Positions 49,332-61,512 are shown, numbered from the stretch's first letter. The stretch is DNA of 64,000 bases from Alphaproteobacteria bacterium (GCA_031549365.1 JAVBPX010000005.1:1-64000), one strand, 5' to 3'. Numbers and translations: made by a program. Notes: generated from the sequence alone by a model not told the origin.

Positions 49332-49814
49332 ATGCCAAAACATACACCAGAAATGATTCATTTTTATGAAAATTATTTAAAATCACATATTGATTTGGTA
49401 AACAAATACGCAAAAAAATACGATGAACAATTATCATTTTCAGAGCATGATAAATCAAAATTTATGGAACCTGAAAAATCAGCTTATATTTTCTTATTTT
49501 GGTACGGATTTCATCCTGAAATTAAATGGGACTCGGACGAAAAAGCAAAATATTTAAAATATCAAATAAATCACTATAAAAACAATTCACATCATGTCGG
49601 ATTTTATGATGATATAACCAAAATGCCGGAAATTGCAATAATTGAAATGTGTTGTGATTGGTGTGCTGTGGCAGAATATAAAAACAAAAATTGCGGCCCA
49701 GAATACCAAAATCCATATGATTTTTTAAATAAATTTATTGTTAAAAAAATTCCATTTACGGATGAACAAATTAATATAATTCACCGAGTTTTAAATAAAA
49801 TTTGGACTGATTAA
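49332..49814 (+). CDS. HD-like protein (DUF5662-like)
   Basis: H..LV, HDKSK, HYKNNSHH, EMCCDW. Confidence 0.7.
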   Translation: MPKHTPEMIHFYENYLKSHIDLVNKYAKKYDEQLSFSEHDKSKFMEPEKSAYIFLFWYGFHPEIKWDSDEKAKYLKYQINHYKNNSHHVGFYDDITKMPEIAIIEMCCDWCAVAEYKNKNCGPEYQNPYDFLNKFIVKKIPFTDEQINIIHRVLNKIWTD

Positions 49815-49869
49815 ACACAATCAAAAACTGGATTATCAGTAACCCAGTTTTTGATTGTTGTATTGTTTA

Positions 49870-50181
49870 TTAATAACCAGATACGACTGTACAACTTTTC
49901 GCATAAATACTTAAAATACTTTCGTTTTCAAGATTTACTGACGAAATGGTTTTAATATTCCCGTTTTTCTGGGCTGCTGTAATTGATGCATCGCCTCGTG
50001 TAATCCACCCTAAAAAGCTTTCCGCGCATGCACGTCCCGTTTTTGATCCGGCACTGTTGGATGTTGCCATTACTGGCGCAATTGTTTCTGTGTATAAAAT
50101 TCCAGGGCCAACAGGCTGATAAGTTCCCGCCATACATCCAGACAGAACAACGACCGAACCCATTACTATTAATTTTTTCAT
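49870..50181 (-). CDS. TRL-like lipoprotein
   Basis: Lipobox LSGC; G.ACA.SFLG....GDASI.AA; C-terminal CTVV.G. Confidence 0.85.
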   Translation of the reverse strand: MKKLIVMGSVVVLSGCMAGTYQPVGPGILYTETIAPVMATSNSAGSKTGRACAESFLGWITRGDASITAAQKNGNIKTISSVNLENESILSIYAKSCTVVSGY

Positions 50182-50270
50182 TTAAACTCCTTTTGATTTC
50201 TATATATACATAGAATAACACCCTCGATAATGATTAATCAAGGGTGTTTTACAATGCAATCAAAAACTGA

Positions 50271-51161
50271 TCAGATCGCTTGGATAAATATTTTATGCTT
50301 GTTGGCAGTATCAATAACTTCATCCATATCAATCATAAAACAATATTTTGCATCTAAAACAATGCCGCGGATATTTGCGCCAACAATGGTTTTCATTGTT
50401 CCCATACCAAAAGCTGGCAAATCAACACGCAAATCTTGTTGCGGCTTTTTTAATTTCGCAAATACACCTGAACGATTTTTTGATTTAATCATGGCTCCAC
50501 AGCGATTGATTAATGCATCTGTACCATCAGCCCCCTCTAAACCCAACACCAACCTATCTACAACAACTGCTTGACCTATATCGGCACGGCCAATTAAATG
50601 AGAAGCTTCAACAGCACGATTAATGTTTTTCCAATCTTGTTTGTTTGGTTTGGTTTTTGTGACTGTTCCTTTTTGCAATACCAAATCCGGACACAATTCA
50701 TGAGCGCCAACAACTTTAAATCCTTTCTTTTCAATTTCGCGCAATAAAGCATCAAACAATGTACTGTATCCGCGATCGCTCATCATTACTTTGGCCACAA
50801 TTTTCATAGACCACCAATCAGGGCGAATATCTGAAAAATTTGGGTGCCCTATTGCTCCTACCATTGTCATTTTTGTAATACCGCGTTTTTTCATTTCACG
50901 TGTTGCGGTCCCGCCTTCCCCTAAACGAATTGTTATATCTGGTTTTAATTTTGGATCTACGAAATTTTTTAACCCAACAACAAATACTTCGTACCCAGAT
51001 TTAATCAAACTTTCTTTGACATAAAAAGGAAGTTTATAAGCCCCCGCAATCAAGGCTATTTTTTTATCATTATTTTTTATGACCACTTTATCAATTTTTT
51101 TGATTGCTGTTTTTTTTGTTACTTTTTTTATAGTCTTCTTGGGACCCCTTTCATCTTTCAT
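50271..51161 (-). CDS. lpxI: UDP-2,3-diacylglucosamine diphosphatase LpxI
   Basis: ALIAG...LP, DIGQAVVV, EGADGTDALI.R, K.PQQDLRVDLP; Lys-rich N-terminal extension. Confidence 0.92.
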   Translation of the reverse strand: MKDERGPKKTIKKVTKKTAIKKIDKVVIKNNDKKIALIAGAYKLPFYVKESLIKSGYEVFVVGLKNFVDPKLKPDITIRLGEGGTATREMKKRGITKMTMVGAIGHPNFSDIRPDWWSMKIVAKVMMSDRGYSTLFDALLREIEKKGFKVVGAHELCPDLVLQKGTVTKTKPNKQDWKNINRAVEASHLIGRADIGQAVVVDRLVLGLEGADGTDALINRCGAMIKSKNRSGVFAKLKKPQQDLRVDLPAFGMGTMKTIVGANIRGIVLDAKYCFMIDMDEVIDTANKHKIFIQAI

Positions 51162-51615
51162 CGTTGACACTCCTTTTGCTCAACAAGTATCATTTTAATT
51201 ATTTTTATCCCATATGCAAATATTTTATTAAAAACTGACTTGAAATTGGCCATTTTACACCAATAACGTCCCAAAAATAGGCCTTTTTCTAATTATACTC
51301 TTTTCAATAAAATTTACCCAAAAACTTGTAAATAATCACAATATCAACTCTATTTTTTGGGAAATATAAATATAAGAAATTCTCGGATTAAACCGTTTTT
51401 CAATACATAAAACCGAATGAAACACTGCGTTTATTAACATGCGTGTTACTTACAAATACACTAATGCTTTATTTACCAGACAGCATGATTACATCTTACT
51501 TTTTTTAAACTAAATAAATATTGGTATATTAAGTACTGCATCAGTGATAAATTTAAAATCTTTTATAGTTTTTTAAATTTAAACTACAAAACCCGCCGAA
51601 CTCGGCGGGTTTTAT

Positions 51616-51692
<77 letters not shown>

Positions 51693-51877
51693 TTAAACTT
51701 TGTGTGGTCATACTACGCCCATTAACATTGATTGTCAAGAAAAAACCACGGATATTAATATTTATCTGAATGTCCACACATTAAATCTGGGAGATTGACC
51801 CATTTTCTGCGAGATACAACAGAGAAAATTTAATCAAAAACCCGGCAATTGCCGGGTTTTTTAATTGATTTTATGAA

Positions 51878-52870
51878 TTAAAATTCAAATCGTACACCCA
51901 CATATGCTGTCCCATAAAAATTGTTATGGGATGATACGATATCGCGTGACGATTCCGCCACTGTTTCATCAATTGATGCTGCTTTTTCATTATTTACAGC
52001 CCATTGAATTTTATCAATATACGCAACCTTTAACCCAACGTCAAAGAATTGACCAACGCCAAATCCATACGATGCGCCCAAGGATCCGGCCAATGCCACA
52101 GTTTGGGTTTTTGTGTCGGATTTATAAAAATGAACAACCTTGTCTGCACCAACAGGCGGGCCATACGATTGCATATTGGCGTCTTCGGATAAATTACCAT
52201 AAATATCATTTAACTGCATGGTTGTTGTAATATCGGCATACCCAAACCCCAAACCAACGTATGGAATGAACGTATTTAATGGTTTTGTAACACCTCGGAA
52301 AAAATCGCGATAAAACATCAACATATACATATCGGTTTGAACAGTGGATGACATACTGCCCGATTTAATTGTGAACACACCAGAATCTGAATCGGAACCA
52401 ACTGTATAATTCCATGGCTCTTGGTCCCTGAATAATGTTGGTGCATCGGCACTGAATTTTGCATAATGGTCCCATGAGCCCTCGACCCTCCATTGGGTGG
52501 CGTTTGGCAAAACAAATCCCAAGCCAATTGACGCAAACATTGTTACGTTTGATAATTTTTCAACCGCGTCCAAAGCGCCCATGTCATAAAATCCGATTAC
52601 CACCGAATTTCCGGCGCCTGCAGTACTTGGCGCTGAAATTGGTGTCCAAAATGCACCCTCTAGCCCATCGCCAGTACCCGTAAAATATTCAACTGTCAAC
52701 GAACCCATATCGTTTTCCATCTTGGCCGCTTGGATATAAGTGGCACCGCCCTTGGCCGTAACGTAAAAACGGGCCCCGTTGTCGCGATCCGTAACAGACG
52801 ACCAATTTGCATTGGCTGCAACCGTTGTAAACGCCAACATGACAAACGCACTGGTTAAAATTTTTTGCAT
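51878..52870 (-). CDS. Outer-membrane beta-barrel surface protein with large loops
   Basis: Signal peptide ending ANA, PYVGLGFGYA, C-terminal GVRFEF. Confidence 0.82.
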   Translation of the reverse strand: MQKILTSAFVMLAFTTVAANANWSSVTDRDNGARFYVTAKGGATYIQAAKMENDMGSLTVEYFTGTGDGLEGAFWTPISAPSTAGAGNSVVIGFYDMGALDAVEKLSNVTMFASIGLGFVLPNATQWRVEGSWDHYAKFSADAPTLFRDQEPWNYTVGSDSDSGVFTIKSGSMSSTVQTDMYMLMFYRDFFRGVTKPLNTFIPYVGLGFGYADITTTMQLNDIYGNLSEDANMQSYGPPVGADKVVHFYKSDTKTQTVALAGSLGASYGFGVGQFFDVGLKVAYIDKIQWAVNNEKAASIDETVAESSRDIVSSHNNFYGTAYVGVRFEF

Positions 52871-52983
52871 ATTCTTTCTCCGACTATTTTTATATACGCC
52901 CTTATTATACGGCATTTGCACAAAAAAGAAAAGTATAAAATCGCTTGAATGGTGGTGATATACGTGTTAATGTCTTTGGTGTG

Positions 52984-53535
52984 ATGAGCGTGAATATAAC
53001 CTGCCCTTTTTGCCAAACAACATACCGATTGGATCAACCAGAATCCCGTCGCTCTGTGCAGTGCAGCGTTTGCGGACATGTTTGGGATTCAAAAATAAAA
53101 CCAAAATCCCGGTTTAACATATCAATTCGTGGAATTTTAATCGTTTTATCGATTGTTTTTTCTATATCAATGACTGGATTTTTAATTATTAACCCCGAAC
53201 CTATTAAAAATTTGATTGAATCGGTTGCAAACAATGACGACACTCCATTAAAAATTGGATTAAATCCATTGCAAACATCAATGGACGAAAATGATCAGAT
53301 TAAATGGTTAATAACCGGATCAATTAAAAACCCAACTGATAAAATGTTCAGCGTGCCGGGGGTTAACATCATTTTACATGCCCGCGATGGTCAAATATTG
53401 GATGTGTTTTCGTTCTATCCGCCCGCACCAATATTGGATTCGGGTGCTGAAATTGAATTTTCATATACTATCACCCCCATGACTGACATGGCGCATCATA
53501 TTTCGGTCATATTTAAATCAGGAGAGAACAAATGA
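52984..53535 (+). CDS. MJ0042-type zinc-ribbon / DUF3426-like membrane protein
   Basis: ITCPFC..YRL...VQCSVCGHVW, one TM helix, ITGSIKN..VP periplasmic domain. Confidence 0.85.
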   Translation: MSVNITCPFCQTTYRLDQPESRRSVQCSVCGHVWDSKIKPKSRFNISIRGILIVLSIVFSISMTGFLIINPEPIKNLIESVANNDDTPLKIGLNPLQTSMDENDQIKWLITGSIKNPTDKMFSVPGVNIILHARDGQILDVFSFYPPAPILDSGAEIEFSYTITPMTDMAHHISVIFKSGENK

Positions 53536-53981
53536 AAAAAATAAAACAATCTATTATCGGCGCCACACTGGCTGTTTTATGCGCATTTTCTGCAAATGCC
53601 GCGACCCAGGGAACTTCGGATGACTGGGAACGAATTGCCGGGAAAAAGTTTGCAGAATATCAATTAATTTTGTCATTGGATTACAATGTTCCAGATGGAA
53701 TTGGCATTTATATGTTGGATTCATTCCCATGCGTTGGTCAAGTTAATAGAACACGAGTATTTTTGGAAAACCAACGCGATTATCCATTATTCATCAGCTG
53801 TTTATTTCCTCCAAAAACAATTACACTGGGGTACAGGATGAGCAAAAATGTCCAAAAGAAAAACGAAGGCCTGGCCGAAGGAATAATGGTATGCACCCCG
53901 CAAATAAACGACAAAGATCGTGTAGACGACAGGTATTATATATATCTGTCAAAATGCGCGACAACCCCTATTGGTTATTAA
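53532..53981 (+). CDS. Secreted hypothetical protein
   Basis: GGAG RBS, signal peptide ending ANA, coupled to both neighbours. Confidence 0.75.
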   Translation: MKKIKQSIIGATLAVLCAFSANAATQGTSDDWERIAGKKFAEYQLILSLDYNVPDGIGIYMLDSFPCVGQVNRTRVFLENQRDYPLFISCLFPPKTITLGYRMSKNVQKKNEGLAEGIMVCTPQINDKDRVDDRYYIYLSKCATTPIGY

Positions 53982-53982
53982 T

Positions 53983-54963
53983 ATGCAAAAACATGAATTT
54001 ATTATTGATGAAACAAACGTTGGCGTTCGAATGGACCGGGTTTTGGCCGGGTTATTACCCGATTTATCCCGGACCGAAATTCAAAATTTGGCGCCAATTG
54101 GTAATATAAAATTAAATGGAAATGTTGTATCCAGATTGTCTGTTAAATTGGCGTTAAACGACAAAATTGAAATTGATGTCCCGATCCAAGCCGCACTGGA
54201 TTTAGCGGGCCAAGAAATGGATTTAAATATATTATTCGAAGATGATGACATAATCGTTGTAAATAAACCACGCGGTATGCCCATGTATCCAGGACCGGGA
54301 CACAAAAAAGACACTTTGGTCCAAGGTTTAATCCATCACACCAACGGTCATTTATCATCACTTGGGGGCGAACATCGTCCCGGCATTGTTCATCGTTTGG
54401 ATATGAATACATCCGGCGTTGTAATTGTTGCAAAAACTGATATTGCGTTTCATAAATTATCGGAATTATTTTCAAAACACACGTTGGTCCGTAAATATAT
54501 TGCATTTTGTTGGAATATTCCAAAACATGATGCCGCTATAATTACTGGGAATATTGGGCGTCATTTCAAAAATCGTCAAAAAATGAGCATGGTTAAAACT
54601 GGCGGCAAAGAGGCCGAAACCCACATAGATTTAATGCACATATGGACCCGCCCAAATGTATCACAAATTCATTGCACCTTGAAAACCGGACGCACACATC
54701 AAATCCGTGTTCATTTATCGGCGCATGGATATCCCGTCATGATGGACCCGCTGTACGGAAAAGACAGAAACTTTGTTCACGCATTACAACCATCGTTTTT
54801 ATTGGATTTTTGTAATGAACATCATGGCCAAATGCTGCATGCGGATACACTGGAAATCGAACATCCAATTAATGGGAAAACACTGAAATTTCGGGCTCCG
54901 TTACCAGATGATATGACCGAGTTACAGACAGCATTGGATGATTACCAAGAAACTTTTGGCTAA
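53983..54963 (+). CDS. rluD: RluA/RluD-family pseudouridine synthase
   Basis: S4 domain, VNKP, RPGIVHRLD, TGRTHQIRVH. Confidence 0.9.
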   Translation: MQKHEFIIDETNVGVRMDRVLAGLLPDLSRTEIQNLAPIGNIKLNGNVVSRLSVKLALNDKIEIDVPIQAALDLAGQEMDLNILFEDDDIIVVNKPRGMPMYPGPGHKKDTLVQGLIHHTNGHLSSLGGEHRPGIVHRLDMNTSGVVIVAKTDIAFHKLSELFSKHTLVRKYIAFCWNIPKHDAAIITGNIGRHFKNRQKMSMVKTGGKEAETHIDLMHIWTRPNVSQIHCTLKTGRTHQIRVHLSAHGYPVMMDPLYGKDRNFVHALQPSFLLDFCNEHHGQMLHADTLEIEHPINGKTLKFRAPLPDDMTELQTALDDYQETFG

Positions 54964-55035
54964 TATTTTCTCGTCGGTCCGCATTGGACACAACGAATAA
55001 AATATTTTTAATAATTTATTTCTTTAAAAAATCAA

Positions 55036-55068
55036 TGTCATTGCGAGGAGTAACGACTCGGTGGTAAT
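55036..55068 (+). repeat. Decayed TGTCATTGCGAGGAG REP-like element
   Basis: TGTCATTGCGAGGAGTAACGACTCGGTGGTAAT; related to 25694 and 27140. Confidence 0.55.
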
Positions 55069-55081
55069 TATTACAATTTAA

Positions 55082-56239
55082 TTATGAATTTAAAATTTTA
55101 TAAATATCTTTGGAGATCATTGTCGATGGTGTTTTATTTGGTTTTGACCAAAAATTATCCGCCATGTGTAATTCATTAATCATTTTTTCACTAATGCGTT
55201 TATTTTTCAATAATTTCAATATACAATTGGTCAAATTACCGGGATTTACATCACTTTGCACAATTTCAGGGTATATTGTTTTTTTGGATAAAATATTGAC
55301 CAATGAAATCCATTTCAAATTAACAAACTGTTTTGCCAACCAAAACGTTAGCCCATTCATTCTGTAAACAATTATTGCAGGGATATGCAATATTGCCAAT
55401 TCAACGGATACTGTACCGGATGCTGCCAATGCAACATCGGTTGCTGCAAATGCATCATATCTTTCGTTTGTCCCGCGAATAATTAATGGTTTAATTTTCC
55501 AATTTTTAATTTCCGATTCAACCATATCCGCCATTGTTTCAACAACCGGCATAACCGGCACCAAATGTGGAATTTTTCGCGATAAATTATCCAACACCAC
55601 TTTGTAGTCTGATATTAATTTTTCAACTTCTGTTTTGCGCGACCCTGGAATAAAAGTAACAACAGTTGCATCATTTGAAATTTTATATTTTTTTAAAAAA
55701 CGGGTTTTGCTGGCCGTTTTAATTCCGCCCTCGATAATTGGATGACCGACCGACATTGTCTTTAATCCGTATTTTGTAAAAAACGGAACTTCAAAATCAA
55801 AAAAACAATATAATTTATCAAAAATTTCTGCAAACGATTTTGCGCGCGATGGACGCCATGCCCAAACCGCAGGCGCAACAACATGAACCGCCGTACCGCA
55901 ATATCCGGCTTTTTTGGCATTTTTTACCACGCGTTTGGCAAATCCCGGCGCGTCAATTGTAATTACAATATCTGGATGACATTCAACAATTTTTGATGCA
56001 GTTTCGTTAATTCGTGATGTTAATAATTTTGCACGTTTCAAAACTTCTATGAAACCCATCACAGCAATATCGCGCATTGGAAAAATGGATTTTAATCCAT
56101 TTTTAATCATGTTTTCACCACCAACACCGATAAATTCAACATTTTTAAATTCACGTTTAATCGCATTAATAATATTTGCCCCCAAAACGTCGCCAGACAC
56201 TTCGCCCGCCACTATAAAAACACGATATGTTTGTTTCAT
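55082..56239 (-). CDS. lpxB: Lipid-A-disaccharide synthase
   Basis: AGEVSGD, IDAPGF, PAVWAWRP, PGSR, SGT..ELA. Confidence 0.96.
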   Translation of the reverse strand: MKQTYRVFIVAGEVSGDVLGANIINAIKREFKNVEFIGVGGENMIKNGLKSIFPMRDIAVMGFIEVLKRAKLLTSRINETASKIVECHPDIVITIDAPGFAKRVVKNAKKAGYCGTAVHVVAPAVWAWRPSRAKSFAEIFDKLYCFFDFEVPFFTKYGLKTMSVGHPIIEGGIKTASKTRFLKKYKISNDATVVTFIPGSRKTEVEKLISDYKVVLDNLSRKIPHLVPVMPVVETMADMVESEIKNWKIKPLIIRGTNERYDAFAATDVALAASGTVSVELAILHIPAIIVYRMNGLTFWLAKQFVNLKWISLVNILSKKTIYPEIVQSDVNPGNLTNCILKLLKNKRISEKMINELHMADNFWSKPNKTPSTMISKDIYKILNS

Positions 56240-57042
56240 CTTTTTGAATTTTCCGCATTAATTCCGCGAGTGGAACGATTTTCAATAAAATCAATAGCAT
56301 CCAGCGCGTATGGGTTTTTACCAACTTCGTGTCGCACACGTTTTAAACGTTCCGCCATTGTATCGTCGTTGTTCTTGTCGAATGCAGCGGTATAAACCTT
56401 GTAAATTGCGTGAATATCCTCGTTTGTGAAACCGCGACGGGATAATCCAACACGATTGATACTGCGGTATTGGGCTGGCATTCCGGTTGAAATACTGTAT
56501 GGCAATATATCTGTGCCAGCACCCGACATTCCGCCAACCATGGCATGTTTACCAATGCGCGAAAATTGATGTACAGCGGATAATCCACCAATGATTGCCC
56601 AATCTTCGATTTCAACGTGCCCTGCAATTTGAACAACATTTGATAAAATAATATTATTTCCCAAATGGCAATCGTGCGCAATGTGTGCGTTAATCATAAT
56701 TTGATTGTCATCACCAATAATCGTCCCGGTTGATGCAGGTGTTCCAGATTGAATTGTAACATATTCGCGGATACGATTGCGTTTTCCGATGACAACACCA
56801 GTCATGGTTTCGTCATCTTGGAATTTTAAATCTTGGCCCTTGGTTCCAATAGCAGCAAAAGGATATACGATTGTGTCGTCCCCAATGGATGTTTTGCCGT
56901 CAACCACAACATGGGACATTAATTCAACACGATCGCCCAATGTAACTTCGGGTCCAATAACGCAATATGGCCCAATTTTAACGTCAGATCCCAATTTTGC
57001 AGAATCAGCCACAATTGCAGTTGAATGAATTTGATTCGACAC
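56236..57042 (-). CDS. lpxA: UDP-GlcNAc O-acyltransferase
   Basis: Hexapeptide repeats, QDLKF, HIAHDC, GHVEI, VHQFSRIG. Confidence 0.97.
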   Translation of the reverse strand: MSNQIHSTAIVADSAKLGSDVKIGPYCVIGPEVTLGDRVELMSHVVVDGKTSIGDDTIVYPFAAIGTKGQDLKFQDDETMTGVVIGKRNRIREYVTIQSGTPASTGTIIGDDNQIMINAHIAHDCHLGNNIILSNVVQIAGHVEIEDWAIIGGLSAVHQFSRIGKHAMVGGMSGAGTDILPYSISTGMPAQYRSINRVGLSRRGFTNEDIHAIYKVYTAAFDKNNDDTMAERLKRVRHEVGKNPYALDAIDFIENRSTRGINAENSKR

Positions 57043-57179
57043 GATATACCCCTTTTTGATATAAAAATGAACAGGGTTTTATTATATATAATAATTACCA
57101 AAACCCGAATCAAAACTTATAACGAAATATAACGGAAATATCGCATAAAAAAACGGACCAAATGGTCCGTTTTATAACA

Positions 57180-58253
<1,074 letters not shown>

Positions 58254-58300
58254 TTAACTTTTGAATTATAAATAAAAAATGGCAATAATCAAGCGGTGAT

Positions 58301-60439
58301 TTAGGTTATTTTTCGTATAAATTCAGCTGATACTTTTTTAATGCCTGTTCGCTGAAACGCAATTGTTAAAAAATCACCGTCTTGTTCAATTACAACACCG
58401 CGTCCCAAATCGTCATGTTCAACCAGCGACCCAACAACAGAATTGGAAATCTTTTGTTTTGGTTTATAAACAGCTGGTTTTGGTGTAAATGTTTTTGGTT
58501 TTTGATTATAAAATCCGGTTTTTTCGATAAATTGGTCATCAATTTCATCCAAAAATATTGATGGCAAATTATTTTGGCGTTGCCCAAAAACCAGGCGAGA
58601 TGATGTTGTTGAAATAATTAATTTTTTACGTGCGCGTGTAATTCCAACATATGCCAGACGTCGCTCTTCTTCTAAACCCTTTTCGCCCTCTTCTTTTAAT
58701 GTGCGTTCTGATGGGAAAATCCCCTCTTCCCATGCGGGTAAAAACACTGTATCAAATTCCAATCCCTTGGCCGCATGTAATGTCATAATTGATACGTGAT
58801 CTGTGTTTGATTCTTCGTCATTCATAGTCATTAATGCTACTTGTTCCAAGAATCCCTCCAATGATGTATGCTGATCATTAATCAATCCAATTAATTCGCG
58901 TAAATGTTCCAATCGCTCTTTGGCGTCCAAATCCTTGGATTCTTGCCACATTTTGATATATCCAGATTGATCCAATAATGTTTGAAAAACCTCGGCCGGT
59001 TCTTTTTTCCCAATTAATTCACGAATTGACTCAAATAATTTAACGAATGATTGACATGATTCTTTCATGCGTTTTGGCATAGCATTGGTTTCAATCATAT
59101 CGCGCATTGCATCAAATAATGATAAATTACGAGATTTGGCATAATCACGAATATGGGCCAATGCAACATCGCCCAAACCACGTTTCGGCGTATTTAAAAT
59201 CCGAGCCATTGATACATCGTCGTACGGATATACCAATAATCGTGCGTATGCGACAGAATCCTTGATTTCGGTGCGATCATAAAACCGTGTACCACCAATT
59301 AATTTATATGGAATTTTTCGCATCATTAATTCTTCTTCGAATAAACGCGATAAACTTGCATTTCGAATTAAAATTGCAAATTCATGATATGGTTGCCCAG
59401 ACATATGTCCCGATTCAATTTCATCCGCAATCATGTTTGATTCCATGTGATCGGAATATAATTGAACAATTTGAACCAAGTCATGAGAATCGTTTGAATT
59501 TGTTTTTAAATCTTTGCCTAAACGCCCCTTGTTATGCTTGATTAATGAACTGGCAACACCCAAAATAGCCGGCGTTGATCGATAATTTGTTTCCAACCTA
59601 ATTATTTTTGTTCCGGTATATTCGCGATCAAATCCCAATATGTTTTGGATTTCAGCGCCTCGCCATGAATAAATGGATTGATCATCGTCGCCGACACAAC
59701 AAATGTTTCTGTGATGCGATGCCAACAATCGCAACAACATGTATTGAGCCATGTTTGTATCTTGGTATTCGTCAACCAAAATGTATTTAAATTGTTGTTG
59801 ATATTTTCGTAAAATATCAGGTTCGTGCAATAATAAATCCAGAGGTTTTAAAATTAAATCACCATAATCAACCCCGTTGAGTCTGGATAACTCTATCTGA
59901 TACAAAGTATAAATTTCAGACAGCCTGCCATCCGCAAAACCATTGGCGCTTGATGATGTCGACCCTGTATGTGTTTCCGCTTGATCATATCGAATTGCGC
60001 GATCTTTCAGACGTGAAATTTGTTCCACAGCATCAATTGGCGGCCATTTTTTCAGATCAATCGACATATTTTGCATAATATTTTTTAACACCGCCTTTTG
60101 ATCATCTTCGCCCAATATCAAAAATGGATTTTTTAATCCAGCGCGTTCAGCATTTGCCCGTAATATCTTGACCCCAATTGCATGAAATGTTCCCATCCAA
60201 ACAGCACCTGCCATACCACCAATCATTTGTTGCAAACGATCTTTCATTTCATTTGCTGCTTTGTTGGTAAAGGTCAGGGCCAAAACCTCCCACGGGTTTG
60301 CAAGTCCGCTGGATAAAATATGTGCTATACGCGTGGTCAAAACCCGGGTTTTTCCCGTTCCAGCACCAGATAATATTAATACCGGCCCCTCGGTTGTTTC
60401 GACCCCAATACGCTGTTCTGGATTTAAATTTGTTAACAT
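58301..60439 (-). CDS. uvrD: UvrD/PcrA DNA helicase
   Basis: GAGTGKT, TFTNKAA, DEYQD, GDDDQSIY, TLHAAKGLEF, EERRLAYVGITRA. Confidence 0.96.
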   Translation of the reverse strand: MLTNLNPEQRIGVETTEGPVLILSGAGTGKTRVLTTRIAHILSSGLANPWEVLALTFTNKAANEMKDRLQQMIGGMAGAVWMGTFHAIGVKILRANAERAGLKNPFLILGEDDQKAVLKNIMQNMSIDLKKWPPIDAVEQISRLKDRAIRYDQAETHTGSTSSSANGFADGRLSEIYTLYQIELSRLNGVDYGDLILKPLDLLLHEPDILRKYQQQFKYILVDEYQDTNMAQYMLLRLLASHHRNICCVGDDDQSIYSWRGAEIQNILGFDREYTGTKIIRLETNYRSTPAILGVASSLIKHNKGRLGKDLKTNSNDSHDLVQIVQLYSDHMESNMIADEIESGHMSGQPYHEFAILIRNASLSRLFEEELMMRKIPYKLIGGTRFYDRTEIKDSVAYARLLVYPYDDVSMARILNTPKRGLGDVALAHIRDYAKSRNLSLFDAMRDMIETNAMPKRMKESCQSFVKLFESIRELIGKKEPAEVFQTLLDQSGYIKMWQESKDLDAKERLEHLRELIGLINDQHTSLEGFLEQVALMTMNDEESNTDHVSIMTLHAAKGLEFDTVFLPAWEEGIFPSERTLKEEGEKGLEEERRLAYVGITRARKKLIISTTSSRLVFGQRQNNLPSIFLDEIDDQFIEKTGFYNQKPKTFTPKPAVYKPKQKISNSVVGSLVEHDDLGRGVVIEQDGDFLTIAFQRTGIKKVSAEFIRKIT

Positions 60440-60518
60440 GATTTATATCCGTTTTTCTTGCTTTTTTGATTATGATTCAGCATAATGCAATTATCATTAA
60501 AAGAAAAGGAGAAAAACA

Positions 60519-60818
60519 ATGGGTTTAATTTTTGTACCAATCATCAGCTTGGCAACTCTGTTAATTAATATTTATGCGCTGGCCGTATTTGTGGCGGTTA
60601 TTTTGGCCTGGTTGGTGGCGTTTGATATCGTTACATTAAATCACCCAGCCATGCGCAGCTTTTCAAAAACATTGTTCATGATAACAGAACCTGTATTTGA
60701 ACGCGTGCGTCGTGTAATCCCTCCATTTAATAATATCGATTTTTCGCCTGCGATTGTGTTGATTTTGCTGTTTGTAATATCTTCGTTTTTGAATCAATTG
60801 TTAAAATTGATGATGTAA
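60519..60818 (+). CDS. yggT: YggT-family membrane protein
   Basis: ITEPV..RVRRVIP....IDFSP. Confidence 0.92.
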   Translation: MGLIFVPIISLATLLINIYALAVFVAVILAWLVAFDIVTLNHPAMRSFSKTLFMITEPVFERVRRVIPPFNNIDFSPAIVLILLFVISSFLNQLLKLMM

Positions 60819-60819
60819 T

Positions 60820-61512
60820 ATGACGAATCGTATCGTATGCTTTGATATTGAAACTACTGGTTTTTCCTGGTCCAATGGCGAACGAATTATTGAAATCGGC
60901 GCAGTTGAAATAATCGACGGCGTTATAACCGACAATAAATTTCATTCGTATGTTTCGAACCAAGGCCGTCCAATCCCCAAAGAATCATATGATGTCCATA
61001 AATTATCCGAAAGCTTTTTGTCCGATAAACCAAAATTTGATGAAATAGCAAATGATTTAATGAATTTTATTGGGACTTCACCAGTCGTTGCACATAACGG
61101 AATTGATTTTGACTTTCCATTTTTAAATTATGAATTAAAACAAATTGGAATTAATGGAATTCCAAATGAACAACAGCTTGATTCATTATTATTGGCAAGA
61201 AATCGTGTATTTGGCCCAAAAAGTTACAGTTTGGATTCCTTGGCCCAATGGTTCGGAGTAAATTTATCAGCCCGTGCGGACGCGCATGGCGCGTTAATTG
61301 ACGCATTAATTCTGGCCGAGGTTTATTTATTTTTAAACCAAGCCACAGATCAAAAATCAATAAAACAAGTTATCGAAGAATCACAAATAAAATTATCCGG
61401 ATTACCGCGTCAAAACCGGCAAATTCGCACATTTACATTATCAGACGATGAATTAAAAAATCATTCTGAATTTATTGAAAAAAATATTAACGACGCCTTG
61501 TGGCACGATTAA
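60820..61512 (+). CDS. dnaQ: DNA polymerase III epsilon subunit
   Basis: DIETTG, AHN..FD, HGALIDA. Confidence 0.93.
   Translation: MTNRIVCFDIETTGFSWSNGERIIEIGAVEIIDGVITDNKFHSYVSNQGRPIPKESYDVHKLSESFLSDKPKFDEIANDLMNFIGTSPVVAHNGIDFDFPFLNYELKQIGINGIPNEQQLDSLLLARNRVFGPKSYSLDSLAQWFGVNLSARADAHGALIDALILAEVYLFLNQATDQKSIKQVIEESQIKLSGLPRQNRQIRTFTLSDDELKNHSEFIEKNINDALWHD

Noticed and set aside
48262-49814. Active prophage or integrative element
   Set aside because: The integrase lacks catalytic residues, and no att repeats or structural, replication or transfer genes are present.
51175-51590. Possible oriC
   Set aside because: No convincing TTATCCACA cluster or typical origin-flanking genes were found.
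60474-60501. dif-like sequence CAGCATAA-TGCAA-TTATCATTAAA
   Set aside because: The central spacer is 5 bp rather than 6, and the CATAAT is explained as the -10 of the yggT promoter (TTGCTT-17-CATAAT).
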